DNA from: an uncultured Clostridia bacterium
GTDB taxonomy: Bacteria; Bacillota; Clostridia; Christensenellales; CAG-917
Direction: 5' to 3'
Assembly (NCBI GenBank): GCA_949286725.1
Contig: CASECZ010000005.1
Coordinates: forward strand, 5,648 to 69,647
Length of the DNA: 64,000 nt
Translations under genes and position numbers: made by a program
Part shown: positions 1 to 9,706 of the stretch, piece after piece
Layout of the letters: each line of letters opens with the position of its first letter
How positions within the stretch are numbered: position 1 is the stretch's first letter
Notes under the pieces: generated by a model
Told to the model about the DNA's origin: nothing
What the model saw: the letters and a program-made list of their open reading frames with translations, nothing else
Databases searched by the model: none

Positions 1-147
1 CCCGGCTTTGGCGTTAAAAGATAATTGATTTTTGGTGTTTATTTTGTATAGTTGCCGCGTGCATCTCTTTTCTGTGTCAAGTAGAAGTCCGACAACTGCG
101 GGACGCAAACTTCGGTATTGACTATGATGCCTGCAACACCTTTGATA

Positions 148-185
148 CAAAAATAACAGAGCCGCGGGTTCAAACGCGACTCTGT
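148..185 (-). terminator. Intrinsic terminator downstream of tRNA-Ser
   Basis: Imperfect GC-rich hairpin at 157-185 (arms cagagccgcg / cgcgactctg). On the minus strand it is followed by a T-rich run (reverse complement of 148-156). Confidence 0.45.
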
Positions 186-186
186 C

Positions 187-275
187 TGGCGGAAGCGGAG
201 GGATTCGAACCCCCGTGGGCTTGCACCCAAACGGTTTTCAAGACCGCCTCGTTATGACCGCTTCGATACGCTTCC
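187..275 (-). tRNA. tRNA-Ser (anticodon UGA), long variable arm, CCA encoded
   Basis: Reverse complement reads GGAAGCG...GGTCTTGAAAACC...GGGGGTTCGAATCCCTCCGCTTCCGCCA. Acceptor stem GGAAGCG/CGCTTCC, anticodon loop CTTGAAA, canonical T-loop. Confidence 0.9.
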
Positions 276-421
276 GTTTTGCGAATGGTACGGGGTTGGT
301 GCGCGCAACTGCGTCGAGTGCGGGACAAAAACTCCGTCGCTTTGCACGATACATTATAGCAATCGGGCATAAAAGTGTCAACAAAGGCGGCGACAAGTAT
401 GCTTTCGGCGGCGGAAATTTG

Positions 422-450
422 TTGACAAGGCGGGCGGCGGCAAATATAAT
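422..450 (+). promoter_or_regulatory. Sigma-A-type promoter for the NSS transporter gene
   Basis: TTGACA (422-427), 17-nt spacer, TATAAT (445-450). Confidence 0.5.
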
Positions 451-510
451 CTTAAAACGAAGGCTGAGCCTATCATTATACATATTCGCGCGCAGGCGCG
501 AGAGAGGAGT

Positions 511-538
511 GCTTCCGTTTTCGGAAGCGTGATTTTTT
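511..538 (+). promoter_or_regulatory. Terminator-like hairpin plus T-run directly upstream of the start codon (possible leader attenuator)
   Basis: GCTTCCG-tttt-CGGAAGC hairpin (511-528), then GTGATTTTTT ending 1 nt before the ATG at 539. Confidence 0.3.
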
Positions 539-1918
539 ATGAGTGACAAGTTGATGACAAGCGGTCAGCATACGTCGAGGAGCAGGCTCGGACGTTTCGG
601 GTTCCTTATGGCGGCGATAGGGTCGGCGGTGGGACTCGGGAACATCTGGCGTTTCCCGTACCTTGCAGGACAGCAGGGCGGGGCGATTTTCCTTATTGCT
701 TACGTCATTATGGTTGTGCTGATAGGCTTCTCGCTCATGATAGCCGAGTTTGCAATCGGTCGTCACGCGGCGAGCAACGTCATCGACGCATACGGCGCGT
801 ACAAGCGCAAATGGGGTGCGGTCGGCGTAATAAGCTGCATCGTATCTTTTATCATCGTATCTTATTACGGTGTTATAGGCGGTTGGATAATGCGCTATGC
901 CGCGGGATACTTCGACGGCGGCAGTTTTGTGGCTAGCGGCGACTATTCGTCCGTATTCTCGTCGTTCATAGGCAACTCGTGGCAACCCGTTTTGTGTCTT
1001 ATAGTGTTTATGGCGGTGTGCCTTGTCATAATCCTGTTGGGCGTCAACAAGGGCATAGAGCGCATCAACAAAGTGCTTATGCCTGCGCTGTTCGTCATGC
1101 TGGTATTCGTGATGATAGTTTCGCTCACCATGGACGGCGCGGTGGAAGGTGTCAAGTTCTTCATCGTCCCCAATGCGGACAGAATCGACGCGTCCGGCGG
1201 CGTGATAGGGATATTCCTGGCGGCGTTGGGGCAGGCGTTTTACTCGCTGTCCATAGGGCTCGGAATAGGCACGACGTACGGCAGTTATGCTGGCAAGGAT
1301 ATAAGCCTTACGCGCAACACGGTTCTGATTTGCGTATCGGACACGCTGGTCGCCATGATAGCGGGCTTTGCGATACTTCCCGCGGTGTTCGCCGCGGGCG
1401 AAACTCCCACCGTCGGTGCGGGGTTGGTGTTCGTGACGTTGCCCGCCGTGTTTCACTCCTTGCCGTCCGTGCTCGGCAGCATAGTCGGCGTGGTATTCTT
1501 CCTGCTGGTGCTGTTTGCCGCGATAACCTCGGCAATCGCGTTGATTGAGGTCAACGTGGCGGTCATATCCGAGAAGTTCGGTATCAAACGCAGATGGGCG
1601 GCAATAGGCGTTGTGACCGCGGCGACGCTGTTCGGCGTCATCGTGTCGCTGTCGCAGGGCGGCAGAATAGGCGGGCTCGACCTGCTTGACATATTCGACA
1701 AGTTCTCCAACACGTTCCTGCTTCCTCTCGTGGGTATATGCACCTGCATATACGTCGGTTACGTATGGAAACCGCAGAACGCCATCGAGGAACTCACCGC
1801 GCACTCCGTCGACGGCAAATTCCGCCTCGGCAAAGTCTGGTCTTTCAACATCCGCTATATCTGTCCGTTGCTCATAGCCGTACTGTTCGTATACGGCATA
1901 GTCGACACCTTTATCTGA
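539..1918 (+). CDS. Sodium-dependent transporter, neurotransmitter:sodium symporter (NSS/SNF) family
   Basis: 459-aa ORF. N-terminal AIGSAVGLGNIWRFPYLAGQQGGAIFL motif typical of the NSS family; polytopic hydrophobic profile. Confidence 0.9.
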   Translation: MSDKLMTSGQHTSRSRLGRFGFLMAAIGSAVGLGNIWRFPYLAGQQGGAIFLIAYVIMVVLIGFSLMIAEFAIGRHAASNVIDAYGAYKRKWGAVGVISCIVSFIIVSYYGVIGGWIMRYAAGYFDGGSFVASGDYSSVFSSFIGNSWQPVLCLIVFMAVCLVIILLGVNKGIERINKVLMPALFVMLVFVMIVSLTMDGAVEGVKFFIVPNADRIDASGGVIGIFLAALGQAFYSLSIGLGIGTTYGSYAGKDISLTRNTVLICVSDTLVAMIAGFAILPAVFAAGETPTVGAGLVFVTLPAVFHSLPSVLGSIVGVVFFLLVLFAAITSAIALIEVNVAVISEKFGIKRRWAAIGVVTAATLFGVIVSLSQGGRIGGLDLLDIFDKFSNTFLLPLVGICTCIYVGYVWKPQNAIEELTAHSVDGKFRLGKVWSFNIRYICPLLIAVLFVYGIVDTFI

Positions 1919-2010
1919 CAACGGCAACGACGGCGGCGCAGAAGCCGCACACGAAACAAGACGCCCGCCCGCGTACGTCGGGTCGGGGCACTCGCAAACA
2001 GGAGGCAAAT

Positions 2011-2301
2011 ATGGTCAAACACATCGTATGTTACAAGTTCGCCGCTCCGTCGCAGGAACTCTTCGACGAAACCGCAAGAGTGATGAAATCCATGGTGGGC
2101 AGAGTGCCCGAAGTGAAAAGTCTGGAAGTCGGCTTCGACAAACTGCACACTCCGCGCAGTTTCGATATGGTGCTGGAAGTGGTGCTCGACAGCTTCGACG
2201 CGCTGGATTCCTATCAGCGCAACGAGTATCACGTGAGCGTCGTCAAAAAGCACATGCACTCCGTGGTGGAGAAGAGCGTGTCCGTGGACTACGAGTTCTG
2301 A
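2011..2301 (+). CDS. Dabb (stress-responsive alpha/beta-barrel) domain protein
   Basis: MVKHIVCYKF...VDYEF, about 96 aa. GGAGG RBS 5-10 nt upstream of the ATG at 2011. The upstream part of ORF 1738-2301 is Arg-rich and non-coding in appearance. Confidence 0.8.
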   Translation: MVKHIVCYKFAAPSQELFDETARVMKSMVGRVPEVKSLEVGFDKLHTPRSFDMVLEVVLDSFDALDSYQRNEYHVSVVKKHMHSVVEKSVSVDYEF

Positions 2302-2344
2302 CAACGCGCCGAAAGACAGAAAAGAAGAGAAAACGAATGCAACG

Positions 2345-2372
2345 AAAAACGGCGTCTTGTGACGCCGTTTTA
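2345..2372. terminator. Bidirectional intrinsic terminator between convergent genes
   Basis: AAAAACGGCGTC-ttgt-GACGCCGTTTT, with an A-run and a T-run on either side. Confidence 0.6.
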
Positions 2373-2453
2373 ATATTCCGTGATGATGTCGTTTCGTTTA
2401 CAGAAGGCGGTTTTGCGACCGAACGGACGGTTTATCCGCACAAAAGCAGGGGT

Positions 2454-3431
2454 TTATGCTCCGCTTGATACGGTGAAGCCGTTGCCTTTGACCTCGCGCG
2501 CCTTGGTGATGAAGGTAAAGGCGTTGGGGTCGCATTCCTGAATGATGCGCTTGACGACGTTGATTTGTTTCTTTCTCACGACGCACACAAGCACCTTGTG
2601 GTCATAGCCCGTATAATAACCGACGCCGTCCATGAGAGTGACGCCGCGGTGGAGTTCCTCGATGATTTTTTCGGCGATTTTCTCGTGCTCGTCGGATATG
2701 ACGTTGAACACCAGAGAGGACTGCATGCCGGACTGGATGACGTCGGCGACCTGCGACGTTGCAAGCAAGGACAGGAAGGAGTAAAGTATGGGCGAAAGCA
2801 CCGCGGTGATGATTGCGTTGGCACCCGCGTTGAAATCCAGCCCGATGAAGCCCAGACCGCCGGAGGCGACGACGATTACGCAGTCGCACATGAATATCAG
2901 CCATTGCACGTCGGAGATGGGGTTCTTGGCGTAAATCAGTTTGCCGATGACGTCCGTGCCGCCGAGGGAGGTGTTGTAACGCAACATGAGACCGAGGCTT
3001 ATGCCCGCGCCCGCACCGCCTGCGAGTGCTGCGAGCAGCATATATCCGCTTTCGGAGTTGGAGGCGACGTACTGCGGAAAGTCCACAAGGCTGAATATAC
3101 CCATGAACAGCGAATATATCGATACGCAGTAGAAGGTGTTGAAGGCGAACTTCTTGTCAAGCACTATAAACGCGGCGATGAACAGAGGAATGTTCATGAC
3201 CATACCCGTGACTGCGGGGTTGAACACGGTGTCGGCGAGATGCTCGTTGAAGGGGAGAACCGCGTTGTAGAGCAGAGAGGAAAGACCGTTTATGCCGCCG
3301 GGTGCGAAGCCGTTGGGGACGATAAACACGTAAGTCGCCAGCGCCCTGATGAAGGCGAGAATCGTGATGAACACGAAAAATTTTATCGTGCGAAGAACGG
3401 TTTTGGGAGAGGGCTTTTTGAATTTTGTCAT
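2454..3431 (-). CDS. YitT-family membrane protein (DUF2179 C-terminal domain)
   Basis: IVPNGFAPGGINGLSSLLY motif and multiple TM segments. Start moved to the internal MTKFKK (M37 of ORF 2454-3539). Confidence 0.8.
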   Translation of the reverse strand: MTKFKKPSPKTVLRTIKFFVFITILAFIRALATYVFIVPNGFAPGGINGLSSLLYNAVLPFNEHLADTVFNPAVTGMVMNIPLFIAAFIVLDKKFAFNTFYCVSIYSLFMGIFSLVDFPQYVASNSESGYMLLAALAGGAGAGISLGLMLRYNTSLGGTDVIGKLIYAKNPISDVQWLIFMCDCVIVVASGGLGFIGLDFNAGANAIITAVLSPILYSFLSLLATSQVADVIQSGMQSSLVFNVISDEHEKIAEKIIEELHRGVTLMDGVGYYTGYDHKVLVCVVRKKQINVVKRIIQECDPNAFTFITKAREVKGNGFTVSSGA

Positions 3432-3653
3432 TTTAGTAACCGTTTGCGAGCCTGTCCTCAGGCTCGGATACCGACCATTCGGTGTGCCTGTATATATTTT
3501 GTTTCCGATAGAAATAAATACTACTTTACTCGCTCGCAAGTCAAGGGAAAACGGGCTGAGATTTCATATTCTTTTCGGGAAGGGAAGCATATCCGCACAT
3601 TACCCCGATTTTGTAGCAATATCGCCCCGCGATTTTGACGGAAGGGACGGGAA

Positions 3654-3681
3654 TAAAAAAACAGCCCACCTAAGTGGGCTG
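3654..3681 (-). terminator. Intrinsic terminator of the GH3 gene
   Basis: CAGCCCAC-ttag-GTGGGCTG hairpin followed by TTTTTTT on the minus strand, 5 nt after the stop codon. Confidence 0.6.
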
Positions 3682-3685
3682 AATT

Positions 3686-6169
3686 TTATTTCTTTTTCTT
3701 CATGTTGAGTTTGTAACTGTAAGAGTCAAGCACTTTGTCCTTGCGGAAGCCTCTGCAGAAGTGAGCGAATCCGCCGCGCTTGCCGTTGCACATATCGACG
3801 ATACCCTCCACGCTTTCGGAGGAGAGTATGCCGCCCGTGAAGCCCATGAAGGAACGCAGGGGCATATATGCCACGGTGTTGACGACCATATCCCTGTTTT
3901 CGGAGTGACCCGCGACGAGTTTGGTGCCGAAGGAGATGAACCCGAGCAGCAGACGACCCACGGGCGACACGGCAACGTCGCCGAGAGAGCAGTTGCAGTC
4001 GAACTCGCCTTTCGCGTAGGGCTTGTTCTCCATAACGGACGCACCGTAGAGTGCCGCGAACTGTTCGATGGGAATGGTGCGTTTCTGTTCGTTGGTTTCG
4101 GTGAGGTCGTAGTAGTAGGGGGCGGAAGTGCGGTAGTCGGGGATGGGCGCGCCGGGGTTTGCCGACGTGACGTCAACCGACGCGTCGAGACGGATATCCG
4201 CGCTGGACGCTCCGACCAGAATGCGGAACTCGCCGCTTTCGATGTGCCAGTCTTTGATGAGCACGTTGTAGTATGCAAACGCGCGGGAGTCGAGCGTGAC
4301 GGAGACTTCTTTTTCCTCTCCGGGCGCGAGCTTCACTTTGGCGAAGCCTTTGAGTTCCTTGACGGGACGGAAGATGGAGGACTTCACGTCGCTGACGTAA
4401 ACCTGTGCGACTTCCGCACCGGCAACCTTGCCCGTGTTGCGGATTTTGAAACTCACGACGAGGTCCTCGCCTTCTTTGATTGCGGAAGAGGAGAGTTTGA
4501 GGTCGGAGTATTCGAACGTGGTGTAGGACAGACCGAACCCGAAGGGGTACATGACGGGTTTGTGCGCCGCCTCGAAATAGCGGTAGCCGACGTAAATGCT
4601 TTCGCGGTACTGGACGGAGCGCGGTCCCATCGGGAAGTAACGCGCGACGATGTTGTCGCCGTTGTTGAAGGGGAAGGTCTCCGCGAGTTTGCCGGAAGGA
4701 TTGACTTTGCCGTAAACGAGGTCGTAGGTCGCCTTGCCGACTGCCTGACCGCCGAGGTACATATTGAGGATGGCTTTCGCGTGAGGTTCGACGTTGCCGA
4801 GGGCGACGGGAGACCCGCAGGAGAGCACGACGACGATGTTGGGGTTGACCTTGGCGATTTCCTCGATGAGGATGTAGTGTGCGTCGGGCATGTTCATGTG
4901 CTTGCGGTCGAAGCCTTCGGACTCGTACTGCGGAGTGAGACCGATGAACAGCAGGACGACGTCCTTGCCCTTTGCGGTCTCGACCGCCTTCTTGACGAGA
5001 GAAGGACTGTAACCGTCACCTTTGAAGGTGTAGCCGTCGGCGTATTCGTACTTCTGACCCGCAGCATCCATGGCTTGCAGGAAAGAGGTCGTTCTGACGG
5101 GGTGGATGTGGCTGGAACCCGAACCCTGATAGCGGGGTCTCTTCGCCAGTGCGCCGATGACGGCGACGGACTGAGAGGAAGAGAGGGGCAGCACGGAGTC
5201 CTCGTTTTTGAGGAGGACGGCACTTTGGGAAGCGATTTTCGCGCAGAGCGCGTCGTGATCGTCGAAATCGAACTTGACGTTGCGTTTGTCGCGGGCTTTG
5301 CACTCGAAGGCGAACTTGATCATGCGCAGCGCGACTTTGTCGAGGTCGGCTTCGTCGAGGACGCCGTCCTTGACCGCTTTGACGATGACTTTGTCGTTTG
5401 CGCCGTTGTTGCCGGGCATTTCGAGGTCGAGCCCCGCGCGTATGCCTTCGATGCGGTTGTTGACCGCGCCCCAGTCGCTCATCACGATGCCCTTGAAGCC
5501 CCACTCGTTGCGAAGGACGTCGGTGAGCATGCGCTTGTTGTCGGAGAGGTAGGTACCGTTGAGGCGGTTGTAAGCGCACATCACCGTCGAAGGCTGTTCG
5601 GTCTTGACGATGTGTTCGAACGCGGGGAGATATATTTCGCGCAGAGCACGTTCGTCGATGATGCTGTCGATGCTCATGCGCAGGTATTCCTGGTTGTTGG
5701 CGCAGAAGTGTTTGAGCGAGACGCCCACGCCGTTTTTCTGAACTCCGTGCACCCACGCCGCGCCCATTCTGCCGGCGACGAAAGGATCTTCGGAGAAGTA
5801 CTCGAAGTTTCTTCCGCAAAGGGGGCTGCGCTTGATGTTGACGCCGGGACCGAGGACGGTCGTGACGCCGAGTCCGTGCGCCTCGTTCGCGATGGCTTCA
5901 CCCATTTCTTCGAGCAGGGAAGGATCCCAGGAACTCGCCGTCGATACGGCGGGAGGGAAACACGTTGCGGGGTAGGAGTCTTTCATGACGTTGGTGGTCA
6001 TGCTTTCCATTTCCCTGCGCAGTCCGTGAGGGCCGTCCGTCATGCAGACGGAAGGAATGTCGCCGTTTTCGATGGGGACGGTCTTCCAGAAAGTGAGACC
6101 GGAACATAATGCGGCTTTCTCTTCGAGAGACAGATTTTTCAAGATAGCGGTGTAATCCCGTTCTTCCAT
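3686..6169 (-). CDS. Glycoside hydrolase family 3 beta-glucosidase (BglX-like) with C-terminal extension
   Basis: MEERDYTAILKNLSLEEKAALCSG..., GFKGIVMSDWGA and FGFGLSYTTFEY motifs. GGAGGT RBS before M20 of ORF 3686-6226. Confidence 0.9.
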   Translation of the reverse strand: MEERDYTAILKNLSLEEKAALCSGLTFWKTVPIENGDIPSVCMTDGPHGLRREMESMTTNVMKDSYPATCFPPAVSTASSWDPSLLEEMGEAIANEAHGLGVTTVLGPGVNIKRSPLCGRNFEYFSEDPFVAGRMGAAWVHGVQKNGVGVSLKHFCANNQEYLRMSIDSIIDERALREIYLPAFEHIVKTEQPSTVMCAYNRLNGTYLSDNKRMLTDVLRNEWGFKGIVMSDWGAVNNRIEGIRAGLDLEMPGNNGANDKVIVKAVKDGVLDEADLDKVALRMIKFAFECKARDKRNVKFDFDDHDALCAKIASQSAVLLKNEDSVLPLSSSQSVAVIGALAKRPRYQGSGSSHIHPVRTTSFLQAMDAAGQKYEYADGYTFKGDGYSPSLVKKAVETAKGKDVVLLFIGLTPQYESEGFDRKHMNMPDAHYILIEEIAKVNPNIVVVLSCGSPVALGNVEPHAKAILNMYLGGQAVGKATYDLVYGKVNPSGKLAETFPFNNGDNIVARYFPMGPRSVQYRESIYVGYRYFEAAHKPVMYPFGFGLSYTTFEYSDLKLSSSAIKEGEDLVVSFKIRNTGKVAGAEVAQVYVSDVKSSIFRPVKELKGFAKVKLAPGEEKEVSVTLDSRAFAYYNVLIKDWHIESGEFRILVGASSADIRLDASVDVTSANPGAPIPDYRTSAPYYYDLTETNEQKRTIPIEQFAALYGASVMENKPYAKGEFDCNCSLGDVAVSPVGRLLLGFISFGTKLVAGHSENRDMVVNTVAYMPLRSFMGFTGGILSSESVEGIVDMCNGKRGGFAHFCRGFRKDKVLDSYSYKLNMKKKK

Positions 6170-6426
6170 ATGTACCTCCGTGGCTGTGGGACAGGCGTGC
6201 GCATACGTGCGTGCAGAAGTCCACATACATATTCATATTAACATCAAAAACGGGCGCAGGCAACACTTTTGTTTCAAAAAATGCGCTTTTCGTTATGTTA
6301 AGGCATATGTAAAAGCCTCTTTGTACGACCGAGAACTTCAAAAAGTTGCATCGCGGCTCAAAAACGTATAAAATCAGTGTAACCGCGACAGGGTTCGGTC
6401 GTATATTAAACGAACAAGGGAAGGCA

Positions 6427-6900
6427 ATGAAAAAAGAAGCACTCGAAAATCTTTTCAGAAAGTACTACAACGAGGCAAAGCTCTACGTTGTCACTCTCTG
6501 TCACGATTTATCCCTTGCCGAAGACATCGTGTCGGACTCCTTCTACAAGGCGTTCACGAAAATCGACGAGGAAAAAGAGAGCTTCAAGTTCTGGTTGTTC
6601 AAGGTGTGCCGCAACGCGTATTTCGACCATCTTAAAAAGACGAAGCGCCTTTCGGAACTCGACGACAACCTGGGACGCGACGACGACCTTGCCGCGCGGG
6701 TCATAAAAAACGAGGAGTATCAGTCTCTTTACCGCGCAATATCCCTGCTGAAACCGAACTACCGCGAAATCATTTTGCTCTATTATTTCGACGAACTGTC
6801 CGTCTCGGAAATCGCCGGGATAACGGACCAGACGGTGGAAAACGTAAAAGTGCAGATGTATCGGGCGAGAATGAAACTGAAAGATATATTGGAGGACTGA
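6427..6900 (+). CDS. RNA polymerase sigma-70 family factor, ECF-type
   Basis: About 157 aa. Region 2 (DIVSDSFYKAF...FKFWLFKVCRNAYFDHLKK) and region 4 (LYYFDELSVSEIAGITDQTVENVKVQMYRARMKLK). Start at M28 of ORF 6346-6900. Confidence 0.85.
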   Translation: MKKEALENLFRKYYNEAKLYVVTLCHDLSLAEDIVSDSFYKAFTKIDEEKESFKFWLFKVCRNAYFDHLKKTKRLSELDDNLGRDDDLAARVIKNEEYQSLYRAISLLKPNYREIILLYYFDELSVSEIAGITDQTVENVKVQMYRARMKLKDILED

Positions 6901-6901
6901 T

Positions 6902-7525
6902 ATGAATTACGAAGAAGCGTTCAGACACTACAAAGAGGGCACTGCGAACGAAGAGGAAAAGGCGTTCGTGCAGGACGAAATCGCAAAGGCGAAAGCCCTT
7001 TCCACGCTGCTCGACGACGAGGCTCTCGCCGTCAAACCCGCTCCCATCAAGGAGGCGGACGCCAAAGAAGTGCGTGAAGCCAAACAGCAGTTCGTCTGGA
7101 AAAAGGTTCTCGTCAGCATGGTGACCTTCCTCGTGCTTATGGTGATACTCGGTGCCGTGCTGGGCGGAGTATTCGGCGCCGCGGCGGCGTACGGACGCAA
7201 CCTCGCCACCGTATCGGTCGACGAAGCGAGAATAATCGCCGAAGCGTACGCTTTCGACCAGGCGACGAAGAACGGTTACACCACCACCGTGAACGGCAAA
7301 CCCTACACCGTTCTGTTCCCTTCCGACGGCAAACTCATTGCGGAACCCGTCAACGACGTCGACGAGAAGTTCAACTTCGAGACCAACCTCGTGGACAGTT
7401 ATTACGTCTACCGCATCGAAGTCGAAGGCTACGACCTCGTCAACCGTTACGAGTGGGAATACGAAATAGACGTCAATTCCAGAACGGGAACGTGCACCGT
7501 CCACAAAGTGGAACTGGACAGATAA
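6902..7525 (+). CDS. Putative anti-sigma factor / single-pass membrane protein with PepSY-like C-terminal domain
   Basis: Starts 1 nt after the sigma factor stop. One TM segment (VLVSMVTFLVLMVILGAVLGGVFGAAAAY). C-terminus YEIDVNSRTGTCTVHKVELD resembles PepSY. Confidence 0.45.
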   Translation: MNYEEAFRHYKEGTANEEEKAFVQDEIAKAKALSTLLDDEALAVKPAPIKEADAKEVREAKQQFVWKKVLVSMVTFLVLMVILGAVLGGVFGAAAAYGRNLATVSVDEARIIAEAYAFDQATKNGYTTTVNGKPYTVLFPSDGKLIAEPVNDVDEKFNFETNLVDSYYVYRIEVEGYDLVNRYEWEYEIDVNSRTGTCTVHKVELDR

Positions 7526-7564
7526 CGACAATCGGCTACGTACGAATTTCTCCTTATCGTGCGG

Positions 7565-7597
7565 GAAACCCGACCTTGCGAGGTCGGGTTTCTTTTT
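7565..7597 (+). terminator. Intrinsic terminator of the sigma/anti-sigma operon
   Basis: GAAACCCGACC-ttgcga-GGTCGGGTTTC followed by TTTTT. Confidence 0.65.
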
Positions 7598-7659
7598 CAA
7601 GATCAGGTTATCCGTGAGTTCGGATTGCGGTTGAATTCGGTTGTGGCGCAGACCGCATT

Positions 7660-8376
7660 TCAGGCTTCCGTCACAACGCGTGCGATGTGTTTCAGGGTGG
7701 TGCTCATAGGCGCGGAAAGCGACACGTTTTTGAGCAGTATTTCGCAGGGACGTTCGCGTATTATCGCGGATATGAGATTGAGTTCCGGTTTGTCAAACAG
7801 GTCGATGACCTCGACGGGTTGTTTTTGCGTGAGATTAACAAGCGCGTCGGGCGTCAACGACAGCCTGCTTTTCGCCCCGTCCGTGCCCGTGATGAAGGAG
7901 GCGACGTCGTATATGTCTCCGCCCGTGCCCGAGCCTATCAGACGGGTTGCCAGAGCAGCCATTTCCTCCCAGTTTTCAATGAGCGGACGCAACCTGAAAT
8001 TGAGAATTCCGTCCAGCGTGTAGTCCGTGGTTTCGGACAGAACGCGGCGAATGATGTTGTTTTCGTATTCGCGGTCGAAGTGCACCAAAGAGGAGATTAA
8101 CGCGCAATTTGCGTGGTTCAACTCCATATTTCGCAAATTGTCGAGAAAAAAACGCAGTTTCATAAAGACGAGCATAACCGTTTGCAAAACGTCTTCGACC
8201 TGCGGTTCCACCTCTTCGCGGAGCTCGCAAATAGACGCGAGATAAACGAAAAATCTGTCCTTGCTTTCCTCCACCGCGTACGACAGATGTCTTATGTTTT
8301 TCAGTTTTCCGAGTATGAATTCTATCTCTTTGTCGAAACCCTTATCCAGACTTATGACGTTAGACCACATAGACAC
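7660..8376 (-). CDS. Hypothetical protein, probably sporulation protein YtxC-like
   Basis: 238 aa. Size, and the LDGILNFRLRPLIENW segment, resemble my recollection of the YtxC family. This is a memory-based assignment only. Confidence 0.45.
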   Translation of the reverse strand: MSMWSNVISLDKGFDKEIEFILGKLKNIRHLSYAVEESKDRFFVYLASICELREEVEPQVEDVLQTVMLVFMKLRFFLDNLRNMELNHANCALISSLVHFDREYENNIIRRVLSETTDYTLDGILNFRLRPLIENWEEMAALATRLIGSGTGGDIYDVASFITGTDGAKSRLSLTPDALVNLTQKQPVEVIDLFDKPELNLISAIIRERPCEILLKNVSLSAPMSTTLKHIARVVTEA

Positions 8377-8433
8377 CTCGGCTATATTCTATGCAATTCG
8401 GCAAAAATAATTAAGGACAAGCCGAAATTGAGA

Positions 8434-8462
8434 CAAAGAAAAAGCACCGCATTTGCGGTGCT
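8434..8462 (-). terminator. Intrinsic terminator downstream of serA
   Basis: AGCACCGC-aaat-GCGGTGCT hairpin followed by TTTTTCTTTG on the minus strand. Confidence 0.55.
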
Positions 8463-8541
8463 CTTCGGATGTGAATTTCAGTTGCGGATTTTGCGGGACG
8501 TATCGCGTGTCGGCGTCCCTTTCCGACCTTTTCGGAACGGT

Positions 8542-9636
8542 TCAGCGGATTTCGCGCACGCGGATAATTCCGTCCGCGTTCAAAGCCGCGACGTCGACGG
8601 GAGCGTCGCTGTCGATGATGGTGTAGGTGTAGCCCTTCGCCGTTGCGGACACGCCTTCGACGCCGAGCACCGTGCCTTCCTTGGCGATGACCGTCACTCT
8701 GTGCGCGCATTTCGTTTCGACTTTGAGGTTGGGCAGGTTGACTGAGTTGACGACGTTGCCGTTTTCGATGTAATCTTTTAGTTCGTTCGCCGCCATGACG
8801 GCGCAGTTGTCCTCTGCCTCTTCCGTGGAGGCTCCGAGGTGGGGCACCGCGATTATGCCGTCGCAGTCGTTGACTTCGGCGGTGGGGAAGTCGGCAACGT
8901 ACTTGTGAACCTTGCCGCTTGCGAGAGCCGCTTTGACGTCGTCGACGACGACCAGTTCGCCCCTTGCCGCGTTGATGATGACGACGCCGTCTTTCATTGC
9001 GGCAAGCGAGGCCGCATTTATCATGCCGCGCGTTTCGTCCGTTGCGGGCATATGCAGGGTGACGAAATCAGCTGCGGCGCAGGCTGCGTCCGCGTTGTCG
9101 AAAACCGTTACGAAAGGAATTTCCGCTTTGGCGGCTTGGGAGAGGTAAGGGTCGTAGCCCACGACTTCCATTCCGAGGGCGTTTGCGGCAACGGCGACTT
9201 TTCTGCCGATTGCGCCGAGACCCAGTACGCACAGCGTTTTGCCGAGGATTTCGTGTCCGACAAACTGCTTTTTGCCCTTTTCGACCTGTTTTGCCACGTC
9301 GTCGCCTTTGAGCGAGCGCGCCCAGACTATGCCTTCGACGAGGTTGCGTGCTGCGAGCATGAGTTCGCATATCACCATCTCTTTGACGGCGTTGGCGTTC
9401 GCACCGGGAGTGTTGAACACCACGATGCCTTGTTTTGCATAGTCGGCGTGGGGGATGTTGTTGACGCCCGCGCCCGCTCTTGCCACTGCCAGCAGAGAAG
9501 AGGGCACCGCGTATTCTGCCATATTCGCGCTTCTGACGAGAATGCCTGCGGGGGAGGCGCTTTCGTCGGTGAGATTGTATCCTTCGAGAATTTTGTCCGC
9601 GAGGGGAGATATAGCGTTGAGTTTGAGAATGTCCAT
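8542..9636 (-). CDS. serA: D-3-phosphoglycerate dehydrogenase / D-isomer 2-hydroxyacid dehydrogenase
   Basis: 364 aa. NAD-binding GLGAIGRKVA motif and D-2-hydroxyacid dehydrogenase signature. Lies directly downstream of serC. Confidence 0.8.
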   Translation of the reverse strand: MDILKLNAISPLADKILEGYNLTDESASPAGILVRSANMAEYAVPSSLLAVARAGAGVNNIPHADYAKQGIVVFNTPGANANAVKEMVICELMLAARNLVEGIVWARSLKGDDVAKQVEKGKKQFVGHEILGKTLCVLGLGAIGRKVAVAANALGMEVVGYDPYLSQAAKAEIPFVTVFDNADAACAAADFVTLHMPATDETRGMINAASLAAMKDGVVIINAARGELVVVDDVKAALASGKVHKYVADFPTAEVNDCDGIIAVPHLGASTEEAEDNCAVMAANELKDYIENGNVVNSVNLPNLKVETKCAHRVTVIAKEGTVLGVEGVSATAKGYTYTIIDSDAPVDVAALNADGIIRVREIR

Positions 9637-9706
9637 AATCTTTCCTTTTTGCGTTATATTTTTTCACCCGCGGGTTGTGCCGCGGGTGAATGACGTCGTA
9701 TGACGG

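Noticed and set aside
157-185. T-loop-like GGTTCAAAC inside the hairpin downstream of tRNA-Ser, considered as another displaced tRNA fragment
   Set aside because: It does not match the tRNA-Ser T-arm (GGTTCGAATCCC) and has no acceptor or CCA continuation. It is best explained as the terminator hairpin loop.
451-538. T-box or glycine riboswitch in the NSS leader
   Set aside because: The leader is only about 88 nt, too short for a T-box. I see no specifier/T-box sequence or glycine-riboswitch core. It is kept only as a generic attenuator candidate.
476-2008. 510-aa ORF on the minus strand
   Set aside because: It is fully antisense to the well-supported NSS transporter gene. Its composition is Arg/His/Tyr-rich and shows no domain-like motifs. 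This is a typical shadow ORF of GC-rich coding DNA.
1738-2010. N-terminal extension of the Dabb-domain ORF
   Set aside because: It overlaps the 3' end of the NSS gene in another frame and is Arg-rich. The GGAGG RBS and conserved N-terminus support the start at 2011.
3761-6109. 782-aa ORF on the plus strand
   Set aside because: It is antisense to the GH3 beta-glucosidase. Its composition is Gly/Val/Asp/Arg-rich and low in complexity, with no RBS or recognisable motifs.
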